Made by a program: the position numbers and the translations under genes
From: Clostridia bacterium
GTDB lineage: Bacteria; Bacillota; Clostridia; Oscillospirales; CAG-272
Reading direction: 5' to 3'
Length of the DNA stretch: 59,647 nt
Assembly (NCBI GenBank): GCA_017463065.1
Contig: JAFTPX010000002.1
Span: forward strand, 1 to 59,647
Part shown: in pieces, positions 20,261-29,815 of the stretch
How positions within the stretch are numbered: the first letter of the stretch is position 1
How the letters are laid out: every line of letters starts with the position of its first letter
The notes under the pieces: generated by a model
Told to the model about the DNA's origin: nothing
Databases searched by the model: none
Seen by the model: the letters and a program-made list of their open reading frames with translations, nothing else

Positions 20261-20345
20261 GCGAGAGTGGCGGAACTGGCAGACGCGCACGTTTGAGGGG
20301 CGTGTGGTTCACACCGTACGGGTTCAAGTCCCGTTTCTCGCACCA
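20261..20345 (+). tRNA. tRNA-Leu (anticodon GAG)
   Basis: GCGAGAG acceptor, anticodon arm CACGT-TT-GAG-GG-GCGTG, variable arm, GGTTCAAGT, encoded CCA. Confidence 0.96.
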
Positions 20346-20385
20346 GCGGCAAGTTGCCGCCCCCAATTATCGGGTGGCGACAGTA

Positions 20386-20434
20386 AGAATCCGAACCTCA
20401 TCATACGATGGTGGGGTTCGGATTTATCTTTTTT
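20386..20434 (+). terminator. Terminator after tRNA-Leu(GAG)
   Basis: aatccgaacc...ggttcggatt hairpin followed by a T-run. Confidence 0.7.
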
Positions 20435-20601
20435 ACAGCACCAGCAGGCAGTACCTGCACCCAATCTCGGGTGTAGTTACTGCTTTCTTTTTTTGGCAAT
20501 GATTTTTTTACAGAAAAACTCCGCATGGGAAAGGGAAGAATCCCAATCCGATGCGGAGCATTTTATTTTGAGAGCTTCAGATAGAGAAGACTCTCTCTTT
20601 T

Positions 20602-21543
20602 TTATTTTTTCAGTCCAAGGGCGACCTCAGCCTTTGCGACGATGTTAGCGGTGGTCAGGCCGTACATCTCAAGCAGCGGAGGAACCTTTCCGGAATGTCC
20701 GAACCGATCCTCGACACCCACGCGAACTACGGGAACAGGGCAGCCTTCGGATACGACTTCCGCTACGGCAGAGCCCAAGCCGCCGATGATGGAATGCTCC
20801 TCTGCGGTAACGATGGCGCCCGTTTCCTGAGCGGCTGTCAAAAGGATGTCCTTGTCAATAGGCTTAATGGTGTGAATATTGATGACGCGAGCCTTGATGC
20901 CGCGATCCGCGAGAATCTTGGCGGCTTCCAGAGCCATGCCAACCATCATACCCGTTGCGGCGATGGTCAGATCGTTGCCCTCGGTCATCTGAATTCCCTT
21001 GCCAAGCTCAAATTTGTAGGTTTCCTTGTCATAGAGTACGGGAACGGCATAGCGTCCGAATCTCATATAAACGGGACCGTTGAAGTTGAGTGCCGCTTCT
21101 ACAACGGCGCGTGCTTCTACCGCGTCAGCGGGGTTGATAACGGTCATACCCGGGATGGCGCGCATGAGGGCGAAGTCCTCGATGCACTGGTGGGTCGCAC
21201 CATCCTCGCCGACAGTAATGCCTGCGTGGGTTGCGCCGATCTTTACGTTGAGGTGAGGATAGCCCACGGAGTTTCTGACCTGCTCAAAGGCTCGTCCTGC
21301 CGCAAACATGGCGAAGGAGGAAGCGAACACGGTCTTGCCCGTGGTAGCGATTCCTGCCGCTACGCTGATCATATTGCCTTCCGCAATACCGCAGTCAAAG
21401 AATCTCTCGGGGAACTTCTTCTTAAAGATAGCGGTTTTGGTAGCCGCCGCAAGGTCGGCATCCAGTACTACGAAATCATATTTCTCGCCCAGCTCCGCAA
21501 GCGCGTTGCCGTAAGCTTCTCTTGTTGCAATCTTTTCTGCCAT
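20602..21543 (-). CDS. Transketolase, C-terminal subunit
   Basis: DCGIAEGNM, GEDGATHQ, TAEEHSIIGGLG. Confidence 0.95.
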   Translation of the reverse strand: MAEKIATREAYGNALAELGEKYDFVVLDADLAAATKTAIFKKKFPERFFDCGIAEGNMISVAAGIATTGKTVFASSFAMFAAGRAFEQVRNSVGYPHLNVKIGATHAGITVGEDGATHQCIEDFALMRAIPGMTVINPADAVEARAVVEAALNFNGPVYMRFGRYAVPVLYDKETYKFELGKGIQMTEGNDLTIAATGMMVGMALEAAKILADRGIKARVINIHTIKPIDKDILLTAAQETGAIVTAEEHSIIGGLGSAVAEVVSEGCPVPVVRVGVEDRFGHSGKVPPLLEMYGLTTANIVAKAEVALGLKK

Positions 21544-21555
21544 TGTTCTGCCTCC

Positions 21556-22383
21556 TTACATTGTTGCCTTGATTTCCGCAACTGCCTGAGCGTACTGCTC
21601 GTCGTTGGGAGCGGAGCCGTGCCAGCCCACTTGATTTTCCATAAAGGAAACACCCTTTCCCTTGACGGTTTTTGCGATAATGGCAACGGGCTTCCCCTTC
21701 ACGGTCTTTGCCTCGTCAAACGCCGCCGCAATTTGCTCGAAATCGTGACCGTCAATGACGATGACGTGGAAGCCGAACGCCGCCAGCTTCGTGTCGTAGG
21801 GCGTGGGGTTCATGACCTCGGCAACAGGACCGTCGATCTGCAGACCGTTCCAGTCAAAGATGGCACAGAGGTTGTCCAGCTTGTAGTGAGCCGCGAACAT
21901 AGCAGCCTCCCAGATCTGTCCCTCCTCGCTCTCGCCGTCTCCGATGATCGAATAGGTTCGATAGGACTTTCCGTTCAGCTTTGCCGCAAGAGCAATGCCG
22001 CAAGCGGAGGAGAAGCCCAGTCCCAAGGAGCCCGTAGACATATCTACACCGGGAGTCCCCTTCATATCGGGGTGACCCTGTAGGAAGGAGTCTATCTGAC
22101 GGAGCTTTTTCAGCTCGTCACGGGAGAAATAGCCCTTTTCCGCCAGAGCGGCATACAGAGCGGGAGCGGTGTGACCCTTGGAAAGAACCAAACGGTCCCG
22201 ATCCTCCCACTTGGGATCAGCGGGGTTAACGTTCATCTCCTCAAAGTACAGATAAGTCATAATATCCGCGATCGAAAGAGAGCCTCCGGGGTGTCCCGAG
22301 CTTGCCGCGTGAACCTGCTCCAGAATATCAAGACGGAGCTGAACGGCGGTTTGCTTCAGTTGGTTGAGTTTTGCCTGTTCCAT
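21556..22383 (-). CDS. Transketolase, N-terminal subunit
   Basis: SGHPGGSLS, LSKGH, TPP-binding GDGESEEGQIWEA...N. Confidence 0.95.
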   Translation of the reverse strand: MEQAKLNQLKQTAVQLRLDILEQVHAASSGHPGGSLSIADIMTYLYFEEMNVNPADPKWEDRDRLVLSKGHTAPALYAALAEKGYFSRDELKKLRQIDSFLQGHPDMKGTPGVDMSTGSLGLGFSSACGIALAAKLNGKSYRTYSIIGDGESEEGQIWEAAMFAAHYKLDNLCAIFDWNGLQIDGPVAEVMNPTPYDTKLAAFGFHVIVIDGHDFEQIAAAFDEAKTVKGKPVAIIAKTVKGKGVSFMENQVGWHGSAPNDEQYAQAVAEIKATM

Positions 22384-22491
22384 GAAATAGACCATACCTT
22401 TCATCAATTTACTATCAATAAGATTAATTATATAATATTTTTACCATATAAGTCAAGAGGATTTTTTGGGGGGACACAAGCTTTTGGGCTT

Positions 22492-23490
22492 TTACAGCTT
22501 GACGAAGCCAAGCTTTTTCTGAACCTTGCCAAGGGTTCTGCGGGCGTAATAAGAAGCTTCCTCGGCGCCTTTTCTCATTTGTGCCTCCAGCGCCGCCTTA
22601 TCGGACAGCAGCTCGCGGAATTTTTCCTGCACGGGGGAGAGCGCGTCTGCGCAGACCTCTCCCACGGCAAGCTTGAAATCACCATAGCCCTTGCCCGCAA
22701 ATTCCTTTTCGATCTCGTCAAAGGATTTACCTGTGAAGCAGGAATAAATACTGATCAGGTTGTTGATTCCGTCCTTGCCCTCGGCAAAGCGAACGCAGGT
22801 TTCGGAATCGGTAACGGCGCGCTTGAACTTGCGGATGATGGTGTCACGGTCATCCAGAATATAAACGACGGCATTGACGTTTTCATCGGATTTGGACATC
22901 TTCTTCGTGGGGTCTGCCAAGGACATGATCTTCATGCCTGACTTGGCAATAATGGGCTCGGGAACCGTGAAGGTGCAGGGATAGAGCTGATTAAAGCGCT
23001 CCGCGATATCTCGGCAAAGCTCTACGTGCTGCTTCTGGTCGATCCCTACGGGAACCACGTCGGTTTGGTAGAGCAGAATGTCTGCCGCCATCAGCGTGGG
23101 ATAGGTAAAGAGGCCCGCGTTGATGTTGTCAGAATGCTTGGAGCTCTTGTCCTTGAACTGGGTCATGCGGGAAAGCTCACCGAACATGGTGTAGCAGTTG
23201 AGGATCCAAGCAAGCTCCGCATGCTCGTGAACGTGGGACTGCACGTAAAGGGTGTTTTTGTCGGGATCCAGTCCGCACGCCATATAGAGCGCAAGGGTCT
23301 CATAGGTTCGTCTGCGAAGCTCAGCGGGGTTCTGACGAACCGTAATGGCATGTTCGTCTACCACGCAGTAAAAGCACTTGTATTTTTCGGAATAGGTAGA
23401 AAAATTTCGAATAGCACCCAGATAGTTTCCAATGGTCAGATTGCCGCTGGGCTGAACGCCGGAATAGGAGACGAGTTGGTCTTGAAACAT
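22492..23490 (-). CDS. trpS: Tryptophan--tRNA ligase
   Basis: SGVQPSG...TIGN, LMAADIL, KMSKS. ATG at 23490 follows GGAGG. Confidence 0.97.
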   Translation of the reverse strand: MFQDQLVSYSGVQPSGNLTIGNYLGAIRNFSTYSEKYKCFYCVVDEHAITVRQNPAELRRRTYETLALYMACGLDPDKNTLYVQSHVHEHAELAWILNCYTMFGELSRMTQFKDKSSKHSDNINAGLFTYPTLMAADILLYQTDVVPVGIDQKQHVELCRDIAERFNQLYPCTFTVPEPIIAKSGMKIMSLADPTKKMSKSDENVNAVVYILDDRDTIIRKFKRAVTDSETCVRFAEGKDGINNLISIYSCFTGKSFDEIEKEFAGKGYGDFKLAVGEVCADALSPVQEKFRELLSDKAALEAQMRKGAEEASYYARRTLGKVQKKLGFVKL

Positions 23491-23527
23491 AGTATATTCA
23501 TACCTCCAGTGATAAAAATGTGCGAAA

Positions 23528-24715
23528 TTAAAGGGATCGGATGACCTCACCCAACCGTCCAATTCCCTCAACGATCTGCTCGTCGGAGGGGGTAGAATAA
23601 TTCAAGCGGAAGGAGGGAGAGGTGGCAGAGAGGTCGCAGAGAAAGGCAGAGCCGGGAACTACGGCGACCTTCTTTTCCAGAGCCTTTTTAACAAGAGCCG
23701 AGGAGTCTGAGAAATCCTTTATCGTTCCCCAGATGAACAGGCCGCCCTCGGGACGGGTAAAGGTTACGCGATCCGCGGGAATGGATTCGTCAATGCAGGA
23801 AAGCATCAAATTGCATTTTCTGCGGTAGAGCTCGTTGATGGAGCGGATGTGAGTGTCCAGATCGTACCGCGTCACGTAGGCGTGGCAGAGCATCTGGAAG
23901 AACAGGTTGGTGTGTACGTCCTCGCCTTGCTTGGCGACTACCAGCTTTTTAGCAAGCTCCTGGGGGGCGATCACAAAGCCGACCCGCATCCCCGCGGAGA
24001 GAATTTTCGAAAAGGAAGAGCAGTAAACCACAATTCCGTCGGTGTCAAGGCTCTTGATGGTGGAAAGATCCTCCCCCGCAAAGCGAAGCTCACCGTAAGG
24101 ATTGTCCTCCAGAATGATCACGCCGTACTGTTTTGCCAGTGCCAGAACCGCCTTTCGTTTGGCAAGACTCATGGTGATGCCGGATGGATTCTGGAAGGTG
24201 GGGATAAGATACAAGAGCTTGACGTTCTTGGTGGTACGGAGGGTTTCCTCCAGTGCCTCCACCGAAATACCGTCCTCCTCCACGGGAACACCAACGGTCT
24301 TGGCACCGTTGGAACGGAAGGAGTTCAAGGCGCCGATAAAGCTGGGATCCTCGCAAACCACCACGTCGCCCTCGTTGCAAAGCACCTTGCAGGTCAGCTC
24401 GATTCCTTGCTGACCGCCCGAGACGATTAGCGTGTTGTCGCCCTCCCGTACGGTGCCGAATTTCTCCTTTTGCCGCTCTTCGATTGCCTCACGCAAGGGG
24501 GTGTATCCCTCGGTGATGCCGTATTGCAGAGCTTGGTTCGCATTGGTTTGAAAGAGCTCCGCGGAAAGCTGGGAAAGCTCTCGGACGGGAAAGGACTCGG
24601 GAGCGGGATTGCCCGCCGCGAAGGAAATGACCGAGGGATCGGTCAAGCTTTTAAAAATTTCACGGATGGCTGAAGGCTTTAGCTCGGCGATTTTATCGGA
24701 AAAGGTGTACTTCAT
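23528..24715 (-). CDS. PLP-dependent aminotransferase class I/II (LysN/AroAT-like)
   Basis: PSAIREIFK, PTFQNPSG, EDNPY, SFSKILSAGMRVG. Confidence 0.92.
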   Translation of the reverse strand: MKYTFSDKIAELKPSAIREIFKSLTDPSVISFAAGNPAPESFPVRELSQLSAELFQTNANQALQYGITEGYTPLREAIEERQKEKFGTVREGDNTLIVSGGQQGIELTCKVLCNEGDVVVCEDPSFIGALNSFRSNGAKTVGVPVEEDGISVEALEETLRTTKNVKLLYLIPTFQNPSGITMSLAKRKAVLALAKQYGVIILEDNPYGELRFAGEDLSTIKSLDTDGIVVYCSSFSKILSAGMRVGFVIAPQELAKKLVVAKQGEDVHTNLFFQMLCHAYVTRYDLDTHIRSINELYRRKCNLMLSCIDESIPADRVTFTRPEGGLFIWGTIKDFSDSSALVKKALEKKVAVVPGSAFLCDLSATSPSFRLNYSTPSDEQIVEGIGRLGEVIRSL

Positions 24716-24877
24716 AAATTCCTCGAAAAAAACAACGGTTTTCATTTAGCTGTCTGTCAATTGACAACGCCATATAATATCATATCACAGAAAACAAAAA
24801 AAGTCAATTGACTTTTGCGTGAAAATATGATATCATTAAAATAATTAAGCGCAAGGAACGCTTCGGAGGTAAAAAAT

Positions 24878-25180
24878 ATGATTCGACACGTTGTGATGTG
24901 GAAGTTTAAGGAAAACAGCGAAGGGAAGACCAAGATGGAAAACATGGAGTGGGTCAGAGAGCATCTGTACGCCCTGCTTCCCGTGATTCCCGAGATCAAG
25001 CGTATGGAGATCGGGTTCGATATCATGGGAACCGATATGTCCATGGATCTGATGCTGCTGACCGAATTTGACACAGTGGAGACCATGAAGACCTATGCGG
25101 GACATCCCGAGCATTTGAAGGTTTCCGCATACGTAAGAAAAGTGATCGAGACCCGTGTGGTCCTCGATTGTGAGATCTGA
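24878..25180 (+). CDS. Dabb family (stress-responsive A/B barrel) protein
   Basis: MIRHVVMWKFK...YAGHPEH...RVVLD. Confidence 0.85.
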   Translation: MIRHVVMWKFKENSEGKTKMENMEWVREHLYALLPVIPEIKRMEIGFDIMGTDMSMDLMLLTEFDTVETMKTYAGHPEHLKVSAYVRKVIETRVVLDCEI

Positions 25181-25190
25181 GGAGGATAGC

Positions 25191-25817
25191 ATGATCAAAA
25201 TGGAACGCACGTCGGTGATGAATTTGGAAAACGCTATTCGCGGTGCGCGGAATCCCATGAACAGCTGGGCGAGAATGGATAGCGCGTATGACGAGTGGGG
25301 AAATTACAGATTGGGAGACAACGATCTGGATCTTGCCAAGCGACTGGCTCACGCGGGAAGCGATCACCGTAAATTTCTCCGACAGATCTTTGTGTCGGTG
25401 GATATCACCGCTCCTCTTTACTGGTGGAAGGAATTCGATACCTATAAGGTAGGTACCGTGGCAAATTCCACCTCGACCATGCACAAGATTCATTCCAAGC
25501 CCTTTGAAAGAGCAGACTTTTCCTGCGATAGACTGGATGCGGAGGGATTGGCGGCACTGGACACCCTGATTGCGTATCTGGAAGCGGAACGGGTGAAGTT
25601 CTGCGACAACAAGGAAAACCGTCAGCCATGGCACAATATGATCCAGCTTTTGCCCTCGTCCTACAACCAGATGAGAACCGTGACCATGAATTACGAAAAC
25701 CTCATCAATATGTATTACGCTCGCAAGACCCATAAGCTTGCCGAGTGGCATACCTACTGCGATTGGATCAAGAGCTTGCCCTATGCTGCGGAGCTGATTC
25801 TTGTGAAAGAGAATTGA
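25191..25817 (+). CDS. ThyX-like (Thy1-fold) protein, divergent
   Basis: GSDHRKFLRQ...APLYWWKE and QLLPSSYNQMRTVTMNYENL...R...EW parallel the ThyX layout. GAGGAGG RBS. Confidence 0.65.
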   Translation: MIKMERTSVMNLENAIRGARNPMNSWARMDSAYDEWGNYRLGDNDLDLAKRLAHAGSDHRKFLRQIFVSVDITAPLYWWKEFDTYKVGTVANSTSTMHKIHSKPFERADFSCDRLDAEGLAALDTLIAYLEAERVKFCDNKENRQPWHNMIQLLPSSYNQMRTVTMNYENLINMYYARKTHKLAEWHTYCDWIKSLPYAAELILVKEN

Positions 25818-25922
25818 TCAGCAAACAAAGGGCAAAGTGCCCAAGTTCCGAAGAAAAAAAAGAAAAATATATGTCAAAATGTAGAAAATCAGCCGAGAGG
25901 GCGCATTTTCCGCGGATAACTC

Positions 25923-25951
25923 TTGACTGTTTTTGTTAAAAAATATATAAT
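25923..25951 (+). promoter_or_regulatory. Sigma-A promoter for serC-serA
   Basis: TTGACT-17-TATAAT. Confidence 0.7.
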
Positions 25952-26030
25952 ATTAAGTAATTATTACAGATTTATCGTCTGCGACGAGAAAAGCCTGTAA
26001 AGTTTCATATTTTTACGGAGGTTCATTGAA

Positions 26031-27122
26031 ATGAACAGAGTTTACAATTTTTCGGCGGGGCCGTCCATGCTTCCCTTGGAAGTTCTTGAAAAAGCAGCGT
26101 CTGAGCTGGTTTGCTACGGCGAATCGGGAATGTCAGTCATGGAGATGTCCCATCGATCTCCGGATTATGAAGCAATCATTAACGATGCCGAGGCAATGCT
26201 TCGGAAGCTGATGAATATTCCCGACAATTATAAGGTTCTCTTCCTGCAGGGCGGAGCCTCCACCCAGTTTTCGGCAGTTCCGCTGAATCTAATCGGCAGA
26301 ACGGGCAAGGCAGACTACGTGGTTTCGGGGCAGTTTTCGGGCAAGGCATTCAAAGAGGCTCAGAAGATGGGCTACGATGTCAAGTGCATCGCAACCACCA
26401 AGGACGACAACTTTGACCACATTCCCGTTGTTACCAAGGACATGGTAAGACCCGATGCGGCGTACGTTCATGTATGCTTCAATAATACGATTTACGGAAC
26501 CAAGTACAGCTACATTCCCGATACGGGTGACGTTCCGTTGGTGGCTGATATGTCCTCCTGTATCATTTCCGAGCCCGTTGACGTCAGCAAGTTCGGCGTG
26601 ATCTACGCGGGCGCGCAGAAGAATATGGCTCCCGCCGGTTTGACTCTCGTGATCGTTCGCGAGGATCTGCTTGAGTATGCCGATCCCAAGATGCCCACCA
26701 TGCTGGAGTGGAAGACCATGGCGGAAAACGGATCCATGTACAACACCCCTCCTTGCTACACCATCTACATGGCAAAGCTGGTTTACGAGTGGATTCTCGG
26801 TATGGGCGGTCTGGAGGTCATGAAGGAGAAGAACGTCAAGAAGGCGGCTGTTCTTTATGAGTATCTGGACAACCAGAATTACTATCTGGCTCCCGTGAAG
26901 CCCGATAGCCGTTCCATGATGAACGTAACCTTCGTTACGGGTGACGCTGATCTGGATAAGAAGTTTGCCTCCGAGGCGGCAAAGGCAGGACTGAAGAACC
27001 TGAAGGGTCACCGTTCTGTTGGTGGAATGAGAGCATCTATCTACAACGCGATGCCGTACGAGGGCGTTGAGGCGCTGGTTGCCTTCATGAAGAAGTTCGC
27101 AGCAGAAAATCCCAAGGCATAA
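26031..27122 (+). CDS. serC: Phosphoserine aminotransferase
   Basis: YNFSAGPS, EMSHRS, AGAQKN, YNTPP, GHRSVGGMRASIYN. Confidence 0.97.
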   Translation: MNRVYNFSAGPSMLPLEVLEKAASELVCYGESGMSVMEMSHRSPDYEAIINDAEAMLRKLMNIPDNYKVLFLQGGASTQFSAVPLNLIGRTGKADYVVSGQFSGKAFKEAQKMGYDVKCIATTKDDNFDHIPVVTKDMVRPDAAYVHVCFNNTIYGTKYSYIPDTGDVPLVADMSSCIISEPVDVSKFGVIYAGAQKNMAPAGLTLVIVREDLLEYADPKMPTMLEWKTMAENGSMYNTPPCYTIYMAKLVYEWILGMGGLEVMKEKNVKKAAVLYEYLDNQNYYLAPVKPDSRSMMNVTFVTGDADLDKKFASEAAKAGLKNLKGHRSVGGMRASIYNAMPYEGVEALVAFMKKFAAENPKA

Positions 27123-27196
27123 TTGCAAATCAATACATATCGGTGCAGGGCAGGGAGACCTGTTCTGCACCCGTTTCAAAGAAAGGAATTATTACC

Positions 27197-28357
27197 ATGA
27201 AAAACATTCTTTGTCTGAATAAGATCGCCGCTGTCGGAACCGATAAGCTGGACAGCGCACTGTATAACGTAGGAACCGACGTGCAGAATCCCGATGCCAT
27301 TATGGTTCGTTCTGCCGCTATGCATGATATGACCTTTGGACCCGAGCTGCAGGCAATCGCCCGTGCGGGTGCGGGTGTCAATAACATTCCCGTGGACCGT
27401 TGCTCCAAGGAGGGCATCGTCGTATTCAACACCCCCGGCGCTAACGCCAACGGCGTAAAGGAGCTTGCCATCTGCGCATTGATGCTGGCTTCCCGTGACG
27501 TAGTCAGCGGTATCAAGTGGGCTGACACGCTGAAGGGAACCGAGGGCGTTGCCAAGGCTGTTGAGGCAGGCAAGTCCAAGTTTGCGGGCGTTGAGGTTCA
27601 AGGAAAGACCTTGGGTGTCATTGGTCTGGGTGCCATCGGCGGTCTGGTTGCCAATGCGGCTGTGGCTCTTGGCATGAAGGTTGTGGGATGCGACCCCTTC
27701 CTGAGCGTTGAGGCTGCATGGAATATCGATCACAACGTCATCAAGGCGGCATCCTATGACGAGGTATTTAAGGTTGCCGATTACGTATCTCTTCACGTTC
27801 CCGCAACCGCCGAGACTAAGGGCATGATCAATGCGGCATCTCTGGCTACCATGAAGGACGGCGTGAGAATCATCAATCTGGCTCGCGCGGATCTGGTCAA
27901 CTCCGCTGATATCAAGGCGGCTTTGGCTTCCGGCAAGGTTGCTTCTTACGTAGTGGATTTCCCCACCGACGATACGGTTGGCGTAGACGGTATTGTAACC
28001 ATTCCTCACCTTGGCGCGTCTACCGCTGAGTCCGAGGACAATTGCGCTGTGATGGCGGCAGTGGAGCTGGATGAATTCCTCCGCTACGGTAACATCAAGA
28101 ACAGCGTAAACTTCCCCAACGTTTCCATGCCCATGAGTGGCGATAAGCGTTTGTGCGTGTTCCACGCTAATGTTCCCAATATGCTGTCTCAGATCACCGC
28201 GGTTCTCGCCGAGACGGGTGTGAACATTGAGAATATGATCAACAAGTCCAAGGGCGACAACGCATACACCGTTGTCGACGTTACGGGCGACGTTGCGGAT
28301 GCGGTCGTCGCAAAGCTCAATGCGGTTGACGGCATCGTAAAGGTAAGAGTCATCTGA
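27197..28357 (+). CDS. serA: D-3-phosphoglycerate dehydrogenase
   Basis: ARAGAGVNN, GLGAIG, PHLGAST, C-terminal ACT domain. Confidence 0.95.
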   Translation: MKNILCLNKIAAVGTDKLDSALYNVGTDVQNPDAIMVRSAAMHDMTFGPELQAIARAGAGVNNIPVDRCSKEGIVVFNTPGANANGVKELAICALMLASRDVVSGIKWADTLKGTEGVAKAVEAGKSKFAGVEVQGKTLGVIGLGAIGGLVANAAVALGMKVVGCDPFLSVEAAWNIDHNVIKAASYDEVFKVADYVSLHVPATAETKGMINAASLATMKDGVRIINLARADLVNSADIKAALASGKVASYVVDFPTDDTVGVDGIVTIPHLGASTAESEDNCAVMAAVELDEFLRYGNIKNSVNFPNVSMPMSGDKRLCVFHANVPNMLSQITAVLAETGVNIENMINKSKGDNAYTVVDVTGDVADAVVAKLNAVDGIVKVRVI

Positions 28358-28378
28358 CCGATTCTTGCATAGCACTTA

Positions 28379-28536
28379 AAAACAAAGGGGCTGTCGCAAG
28401 TTTGGGAATTATTTCCATTCAATAAACAACCTATACAAAAAACACTTGCTTATCAATGGCGGTAAGCAAGTGTTTTTTATTGAATTGTCACAGTGGAACT
28501 CTCTAAAAATTTAATTTGCGACAGCCCCTTTGTTTT
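28379..28536. mobile_element. MITE-like element with nested inverted repeats
   Basis: Perfect 21-bp terminal IR aaaacaaaggggctgtcgcaa / ttgcgacagcccctttgtttt and an internal 16-bp IR (28437-28478). No ORF. Confidence 0.6.
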
Positions 28537-28560
28537 ATTTCGACCAACAAAAAATATGAG

Positions 28561-29145
28561 TTATCGCAAGGAAGGAACCGCCTTGTTTTGCTCAATATAG
28601 TCGGCAAAGTTTTTGAAAACCTGTTGTTCCACATCTGACGTTAAAAATTTTTGCCTCTCATATAAAAGCTGCATACGTTTGGCACGGGTTGCCGCCAGCT
28701 GATTTTCGATTCGGCAATAGGTAGCAATCTCATCCGCGGTATGTAGATCCAATCCCCAAAGAACACAAGCGGGGCAGAGCAAACGAATGGCGAATTGATC
28801 CGCATACTGTTCGACCTTGGTCTTTTTGTTGAATTCTTGGGTTCCCATATATTTTGCGTTCTGTAATTCATGACCGAGAAAAATATGTCCCAGCTCATGG
28901 GCAACGGTAAATCGGGAAAGCTCGGTTGCGTTTTTGTCATTATAAATAATGATCCATTGGTTATCATAGAAAAATGATTTTCCGTTTTCTGTGGGCAAAA
29001 GCTCGTTGACACTGCTGTTCCGAACGACGTGAATCCCCGCCTCCTTGGCAATGGAACGTACGTCAATGGGTAACCGATTCACATGAAAATCCAGCAAACA
29101 GTTCCATGCGCCGTTGCGAAGGTTTTTATATACACCGTAATACAT
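28561..29145 (-). CDS. ImmA/IrrE family metallo-endopeptidase
   Basis: RFTVAHELGH...EQYADQFAIRLLCP. Confidence 0.9.
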   Translation of the reverse strand: MYYGVYKNLRNGAWNCLLDFHVNRLPIDVRSIAKEAGIHVVRNSSVNELLPTENGKSFFYDNQWIIIYNDKNATELSRFTVAHELGHIFLGHELQNAKYMGTQEFNKKTKVEQYADQFAIRLLCPACVLWGLDLHTADEIATYCRIENQLAATRAKRMQLLYERQKFLTSDVEQQVFKNFADYIEQNKAVPSLR

Positions 29146-29178
29146 GTAAAATCACCGCCATTGTGAAAGTTTTTGTCA

Positions 29179-29652
29179 TCATAAAAGAGGATCGTCCGTT
29201 TCGGGAGCTTCCAGAATTCGTTCCCATTTTTTCTTAGAAATGTGAGAGAACTGCGGAGGATGGTGATCCGCGGAGGATGCCGCCTCAAAGACGTGGAGCT
29301 GTTCCTCTTGTTCGGGTGGAGGACTGTTTAGAGTAAGAACCAGATCGATGGTCCTGCGCAGATCGGCATTCCTGCGATAGCTTTCCAACAGAAGCTGTTC
29401 GGTTTCGGTCAGTGATTGCCCGCAAGCCATTGCTTGGGTAGATGGATTTTCTGTGATTCCGAGCAAATAATCGGTTGACACTTGAAAGTACCGCGCAAGC
29501 TTGATGAGGGAAATTAAATCGGGTTCTCTGCGGTTCTGTTCATACATTCCAATGGTACTGGGGGAAAGCTTCAAAACGATTGCCAATTGAGCCTGAGTCA
29601 TCCCTGCTTTCATTCGCAAGTGCTTGATTTTATTTCCAATTTGATCGCCCAT
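29179..29652 (-). CDS. XRE-family HTH transcriptional repressor (ImmR-like)
   Basis: LRMKAGMTQAQLA...STIGMYEQNRREP...VSTDYLLG. ATG at 29652 follows GAGGT. Confidence 0.9.
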   Translation of the reverse strand: MGDQIGNKIKHLRMKAGMTQAQLAIVLKLSPSTIGMYEQNRREPDLISLIKLARYFQVSTDYLLGITENPSTQAMACGQSLTETEQLLLESYRRNADLRRTIDLVLTLNSPPPEQEEQLHVFEAASSADHHPPQFSHISKKKWERILEAPETDDPLL

Positions 29653-29681
29653 TGTATACCTCACATCCATGATTTGAGGTT

Positions 29682-29792
29682 ATTATAACACACATTTTGT
29701 GTAAAAACAACAAATCACACAAAAAGTGGAGATTTATGTTGACATTAAGCGAGTATTGTGATATTATATAACTCGAAATCACACGAAACGTG
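29682..29792. promoter_or_regulatory. Divergent promoters with three CACAC-N5-GTG operator repeats
   Basis: Minus strand TTGTTT-17-TATAAT, plus strand TTGACA(29739)-17-TATTAT. Repeats at 29689, 29716 and 29780. Confidence 0.65.
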
Positions 29793-29815
29793 TTTTTTGG
29801 TTTTTGGAGGTTGAT

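Noticed and set aside
23490-23530. T-box riboswitch upstream of trpS
   Set aside because: Only ~37 nt separate trpS from the upstream aminotransferase, and there is no T-box consensus.
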